DNA from: Candidatus Altarchaeum sp. | Lineage (GTDB): Archaea > Altiarchaeota > Altiarchaeia > Altiarchaeales > Altiarchaeaceae | Assembly (NCBI GenBank): GCA_018260615.1 | Contig: JAGWDQ010000084.1 | Span: 1-47,436, forward strand | Length of the DNA stretch: 47,436 bases | Reading direction: 5' to 3' | Shown: positions 46,814-47,436 of the stretch, piece by piece | How positions within the stretch are numbered: position 1 is the stretch's first letter | Layout: every line of letters begins with the position of its first letter | Program-made: the position numbers and the translations under genes | The notes under the pieces: model-generated | What the model was told of the DNA's origin: nothing | The model's database searches: none | What the model saw: only the letters and a program-made list of their open reading frames with translations

Positions 46814-46960
46814 GTAACTACTCACCATCCCAAAAAATTGCAGGTAAATTTTTTGATTTTTACGCTCACTTCGTTCGTGTATTTTCAAAACTCTGCGTTT
46901 TGAAAATTGTGTTTTTTTGAAAGTTTTACAGGTAAATTTTGTTAACCCGTGAGTAGTTAC
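46814..46960. mobile_element. MITE, 12-bp TIR, 8-bp TSD
   Basis: GTAACTACTCAC...GTGAGTAGTTAC flanked by AATTTTTG both sides; homologous to 16645-16785. Confidence 0.8.
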
Positions 46961-46967
46961 AATTTTT

Positions 46968-47121
46968 GTAACTATTCCGCCCCCATAAAAAATTACTGGT
47001 AAAATTTTAATTTTTTGTATTTTTTTCGAAAATTTCACAAGTAATTTAAAAATACCAAAGTATTTTTAAAGATTGAAAATCTTATAGATTTTCAGTAATT
47101 TGACACCCTCCGAATAGTTAC
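46968..47121. mobile_element. MITE of the same TIR family, more degenerate
   Basis: GTAACTATTC...GAATAGTTAC; flanks only imperfectly duplicated. Confidence 0.6.
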
Positions 47122-47193
47122 GATTTTTTAACTCATATGTGGGTTAAATTTCTAAAATTTGCAAATATTTGCAATGGCAATGCAATTTTTTAT

Positions 47194-47434
47194 CGTACAG
47201 GAAAGTTCGTTTTATTGTTCTCTAACCTCGCTGTTGCTCGGATATTTTCAAAAACTCCGCGTTTTGAAAATCGCACCAAGACACAGAGACACAAAGGAGT
47301 TATATTCTGTAACCTGGTGACTTTGTGGCTTTTTCAAAACCCAAAGGTTTTGAAAATCTCCGAGCATTTTCAAAACGCGAAGTTTTGAAAATCTCCGAGC
47401 AACAGCGAGGTGAACAGCGAGGTTATTGTGTGAG
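47194..47434. mobile_element. Second copy of the 4724-4864 element carrying nested hairpin units at both ends
   Basis: Shared 30-bp left flank and CAC.RAG repeats; extra AACCTCGCTGTTGCTCGG+hairpin units at 47224-47273 and ~47333-47426. Confidence 0.65.
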
Positions 47435-47436
47435 TA

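Overview
AT-rich archaeal chromosomal region (TBP, Pop5/Rnp2, Dph2, geranylgeranyl reductase, FtsY, Cdc48, MoaA, tRNA-Val). Composition and gene style suggest Altiarchaeota (Ca. Altiarchaeum-like), which is an inference only. Housekeeping genes are interleaved with five toxin-antitoxin pairs, an orphan DNA MTase, a TnpB and at least three families of small non-autonomous repeats. The most striking part is 19.3-32.9 kb. It starts with a 1452-aa surface protein ending in cytoplasmic tandem winged-helix domains, followed by signal-peptide-constant/variable-payload ORFs. Next comes a non-cellulosomal cohesin-dockerin cluster: a cohesin-PKD-dockerin adaptor, a membrane-anchored cohesin and three Cys-rich dockerin cargo proteins with no recognisable glycoside hydrolase. 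Each of the four dockerin genes, and no other gene in the window, is preceded by the same 140-nt, ~49% GC element. Almost all its between-copy stem substitutions are Watson-Crick/G-U interchanges on the sense strand, including in a predicted loop pseudoknot, so it is a candidate new cis-regulatory RNA. All structure and domain calls were made by eye; no folding or database search was run.
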